64,000 nucleotides of DNA from a virus: positions 3,661 through 67,660 of IMG/VR virus record IMGVR_UViG_3300027806_000042, one strand, 5' to 3'. Of the stretch, positions 60,092-64,000 are shown one piece after another (position 1 is the stretch's first letter; the number at the start of each line of letters is the position of its first letter). The position numbers were made by a program, and so were the translations under genes. The notes below the pieces were generated by a model. It was not told the origin of the DNA and ran no database searches. It saw only the letters and a list, made by a program, of their open reading frames with translations.

Positions 60092-60120
60092 TTGACAATG
60101 GCAAAAACCATCTTTAGAAA
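60092..60120 (+). promoter_or_regulatory. Early sigma70-type promoter
   Basis: A-tract UP element, then TTGACA-17 bp-TAGAAA. Confidence 0.6.
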
Positions 60121-60158
60121 CGGGTTCAGGCAATCACGCCACACCAAAGGACCAGACC

Positions 60159-60407
60159 ATGAGCAAAAAACCCACCTATGAAACTTTCATAGAGAGAATT
60201 AAACAATCCATGCCGGATTCAAGCGACCGCCCCGACAATTGGATTGAATGCCTTTTGGAAGCATTGCGCGGCGCTTCTCAGCATTGGCCCCGCATTGATG
60301 GCCCGGATGGTGAGGCAGATTTGGGGAGTTTCCGCTTTGGCGCTATGCGCGTTATCCGGAACAGCCCAAAATATGGCCCCCTTCTATACGCATCACTTGA
60401 AGCCTAA
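60159..60407 (+). CDS. Early hypothetical protein
   Basis: AAAGGA RBS after the promoter. Confidence 0.65.
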   Translation: MSKKPTYETFIERIKQSMPDSSDRPDNWIECLLEALRGASQHWPRIDGPDGEADLGSFRFGAMRVIRNSPKYGPLLYASLEA

Positions 60408-60529
60408 CGCCTAGGTTACTTCACGCGATAGCAGGCAGGATTCCGCTTGCGCGTAGCGTCCGGGCTGATTCGCCCCGCCACCCCTTGGGATGGCGCAGTG
60501 AGTCAATCAAACCAGAGGAGACATTGACC

Positions 60530-61126
60530 ATGCCGCAAATAATCGAAAAACTAGCCTTCACCTATGCCGAATTGACCGGTAGGGCAAAGGAACGCGCCAC
60601 CGAATGGTGGCTTCAGGGGTATGAACCAGATTTTTCATGGCTTGAAGACGAAATCGAAAGCGCAGCAACCATGCTTGGAATCGAAATCGAAACGCAAAAT
60701 AGACGCCGCGCGATATATTGGCGCGCAGGACATACCCAGAGCGACGGCGCCAGCTTTTCCGGTCATTACTACTATCGGAAAGGCGCACTAGCCGCTATTC
60801 TGAAGGAATACCCCACCAACAAAGCCCTTCACGATATCGCGCGGGGGCTTCAGGAAGCGCAGCGTAAAGCCTTCTATGGCCTATCTGCCCGCATTGAATC
60901 CCGCCGCGATACTAGCGTTTCTGTATCTGTCACAAATGACAGAAACAAGTATGGCGATTCAAACCAGGAGCAGGAGGAGGAAATTGCCAAAGCCATGCGA
61001 GACTTCACCCATTGGATTTACCGCCTTGTTTTGGATACCTATGACCATGAGACAAGCGAGGAATCTATTGCGGATTGTATGGCCGCGAATGAATATCTAT
61101 TCGACGAGAATGGCCGGATTGTATGA
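60530..61126 (+). CDS. Acidic early protein (family often annotated 'antitoxin of TA stability system')
   Basis: ELT..AKERA.EW, QSDGASFSG.Y, WIYR...Y, ANEY.FDENG; family recognised from memory. Confidence 0.6.
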   Translation: MPQIIEKLAFTYAELTGRAKERATEWWLQGYEPDFSWLEDEIESAATMLGIEIETQNRRRAIYWRAGHTQSDGASFSGHYYYRKGALAAILKEYPTNKALHDIARGLQEAQRKAFYGLSARIESRRDTSVSVSVTNDRNKYGDSNQEQEEEIAKAMRDFTHWIYRLVLDTYDHETSEESIADCMAANEYLFDENGRIV

Positions 61127-61242
61127 CCATCCCCCGCGCCATCATTGGCGGTATCCTATGGGCTTGCCTGTTTTGGCTTGCCTTGATCATAACCCCCTAG
61201 CCCGCTTGCGCGGTACGTCCCACCACCGAAAGGAACCAAACT

Positions 61243-63659
61243 ATGTTTAGCATCACCTATGAAATAGTAACCCCCGAAAGCGCAGAACATGGCGACGCTG
61301 AAGAGCGAGGCTTCCACCTTGAGGGCCTTTCCTTTGGCGAAGTTATGGCAGAGATTCGAAGCCTAGGCTTGCGTGGCGCCTATTGCGAAGCCGATTCTTG
61401 CCCCGTCACGATAGACTGCCCGCCAAGGTGGTTTACCTACGCCGAAGGCATTGAAAACTACGAGACCGGCGCCCGCACATACTACGCCGTACACCTACCC
61501 CGACACGTTACCCCCGCTTCCCGTATGAGAATCGCCCGCCTGTTAGGATGTTATGGCGCCCAATAGTCCCGCTTGCGCGGGCTTAGGCCCGCCTTCCGGC
61601 CTAGTCATCCAGGCTAGGCCCGAAAGCGAAAGCGCAGAAAGGAAAGTATCATGTGGGTCATTATGAAGGGGCGGCTTTACGTCGCACAGCCTGGAAGCAA
61701 AAAAAGCTACACAACAAAGCTTGAAAATGCGCGCAAATTTTCCTCCCGCGAATCGGCTGAATCCGACGCTTGCGGAAATGAAGCCGCGGTAAGCATGTAT
61801 GACATTTTGCAGTGAGAGGAAGGCTAACCCATGACCACCGCAACCAATAGACCCCCCACAATCTGGCAAGCCCTAGCCCTGAAGCTAGGCCGCAAGCCTA
61901 CCCATGCCGAGGCTTGCGCCGAGGTTAAACGAATCTTGAACGACTCACACGACAAAAGGAAAGGCTAGACCCATGACCCAACCCCACACGCCAGGCCCTT
62001 GGCGAGTAGTGCAGGGGAATAGACTAGGGGTTCACGGCCCTAGGGACGAAATCGGTTGGCCCGCAAGCATTGTTTACAATGCCGGATTGTGTAGCGACCC
62101 CGAAAGCCAAGCTAACGCCCGCCTAATCGCCCAAGCCCCTATCATGGCCCAAGCCTTGCGCGATCTTTTGGCCCTTCATATCGCCCACCATAACCACCCG
62201 CACCACGCCCACGCCCGCGAGATATTGCGCGCCATTGATGGAGACACTAAACCATGACCACCACCTTCCTAAACTGGAAAGGCCCCCAGGGCCGCGAAAC
62301 CATTGACGAAATCAGCCGCGCCAGCTTTCCAACCTTCCAAGCCTATAGGCTGGAATTGCGGCGCCTGATCTCTGAATATCACTTGGCAGGCATGGCCTGC
62401 TATTCATCCTCCCGCCCTTGTGCAAACTGGAAAGGCTGACCCATGACCACCACCACACCCCGCCCCTATGGCCCGCTTAAATGGCGCCTTCCGCCCGTTC
62501 TAGTGCGGCTGGACGATCCAACCGAATCACTGGCGCGCTCAGTCTCCAGAAACCGTCCGGCGGAATATCCGCGCGAAGAACCCGTTAGCCTTTCCGATAT
62601 CCTGAAGGGGCTGGAATAATCCGCACTTGTGCGAAAGGATAAGGCAATGGAAAGCAACCTACCCGATTGGCCGGGCGCTGATGGCGCTTATAGGCGCACG
62701 GTAATCATTATCGCCAACATGGCCAAGGCTGGACACATCAAAAGAATCGGCAGGGGAGAAAAAGCTAAGTGCGAAGTATCCGCCGATCTTCAAGACTACA
62801 TCGAAGCCATGAATAAAGGCGACGAAGAACGAATCAAGGCGCTGAATCACGTCTGGCGCAAATTCCACCCCTGAAATGCAAACGGGGCGGAGGTTGACCA
62901 GACCCCCGCCCCTAGACGCACCAAAAGGAGACTTTGCCCGGACCCATAAACCGGACAAGGCGAATATTGCCCTAAAACCGGGCGAAAATCAAGCCCAAAA
63001 AAACTTGCAAAATATGAAAAAATATCTTGCAAGGCCGCCAGGATATGATATGAATAAAACCAGACCCCGCACAAGTGCGGATAACCAAAGGAGACTAGAC
63101 CATGACCGACAAACAGCAAATCATCACCGCCCTTTATGCTTGGGTCGCGCAGCGCCCAGGCTTGGAATTTGGCAATTATGGCGACGTTAAAGGCTATCGC
63201 GCCGAATTGCGGAGCATCACCCGCGACTTGCAGGACGCCCGCACCCTTTTAAGGGCCGTGGAATTGTCCGGTATCACCGGGGAGGAATTAGCGCAGGCTT
63301 TTGGCCGCGCCTATTCTGGCAGGCTTTCATGGGATGGGAAGCGGCTGGACTATTGCACCGGCCAATATTGGCCGACAGAATACCGGCGCGCGGCTTGTGC
63401 CGTGTTGGCCAGTGCCTTGTGGTATTATCACCGGGAGAATATGCCAGCACCACGCTATCAAGTGGCGGGGAAGGGCATGGCTTGGCCGACAATGGAAGAG
63501 GCCCAGCAATCCGCCAACCGCTACGCCCCGGCGATTGTGAGCATCGAAAGGGCTTATCGTGACCAGAAGCGCGGGAAATGGGTTTGTGGTGGCGCATACT
63601 TGCGCGGCAAGTGCCGGGAATTGTACGGGCGCGGCATTCAATCGCGCTGGTTTAATTAA
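61243..63659 (+). CDS. Run of small early genes (61243-61566, 61651-61816, 61831-61968, 61973-62257, 62254-62439, 62647-62874, 63102-63659)
   Basis: Shared RBS/start context (AAGG/GGAG..CCATGACC); HTPGPW...ANARLIA family motif in 61973-62257. Confidence 0.65.
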
Positions 63660-63732
63660 CCCCTGGGGCTACGGCCCCGCTTCCCGGCTGGCCCGATCTG
63701 GACCAGCCCGGCAGCGTATAGGAGATAGACCG

Positions 63733-64000
63733 ATGACAAAAGATCAGATTACCGAAACCATAGCTGAACACACCAAATGGTTGCGCGGCGAAGGCGGGAA
63801 GAGGGCTGTTTTAAGTGGCGCGGACCTGCGTGGCTCGAACCTGCGTGGCGCGGACCTGCGTGGCTCGAACCTGCGTGGCGCGGCCCTGAGTGGCATGGAC
63901 CTGCGTGGCTCGAACCTGCGTGGCGCGGACCTGAGTGGCGCGGACCTGAGTGGCGCGGACCTGAGTGACTCGGACCTGCGTGGCGCCAAAATCAACGATA
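63733..64000 (+). CDS. Pentapeptide-repeat protein, truncated by window edge
   Basis: Manual translation [42 protein letters not shown]...; GGAG RBS. Confidence 0.88.
   Translation, partial: MTKDQITETIAEHTKWLRGEGGKRAVLSGADLRGSNLRGADLRGSNLRGAALSGMDLRGSNLRGADLSGADLSGADLSDSDLRGAKIND

Noticed and set aside
63810-63990. 15-bp DNA tandem repeat as a guide array
   Set aside because: It is the in-frame coding sequence of a pentapeptide-repeat protein.
1-64000. tRNA, rRNA, integrase and DNA polymerase genes
   Set aside because: None was recognised by eye; they may lie outside the window or need a dedicated scan.

Overview
This window is most of a tailed dsDNA phage genome with a podovirus-like morphogenesis module. 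The host is probably an Alphaproteobacterium, inferred from a GcrA-like HTH, DUF1194 and GAAC-N7-GAAC boxes. Layout: a leftward primase-helicase/phosphoesterase operon (1-2.2 kb); a rightward accessory, recombination and nucleotide-metabolism arm (2.9-23.2 kb: DNA MTase, PD-(D/E)XK nuclease, ERF, SSB, MazG-like, SleB, ThyX, plus a lone inverted RusA); a leftward structural and lysis arm (23.2-60.0 kb: internal virion proteins, tail and LamG proteins, lysozyme, capsid, scaffold, GroES, portal, intein-containing TerL, TerS); and rightward early genes (60.1-64 kb). The standout is a self-contained cassette at about 3.7-5.4 kb: a promoter, a 197-aa RAMP/Cas7-like gene and five non-coding tracts of strict 5-nt periodicity (conserved CGC-type triplet plus variable NN). 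The tracts share a 3' end, the four downstream ones are separated by hairpins, and one probable accessory gene follows. This looks like a non-CRISPR, VIPR-like RNA-guided system with a CGC/NN code. Also notable are a Pro1 class-3 intein inside the TerL Walker A motif and three tandem alphaproteobacterial LexA-type boxes between terS and terL. All assignments come from motif reading by eye; no database searches were run.
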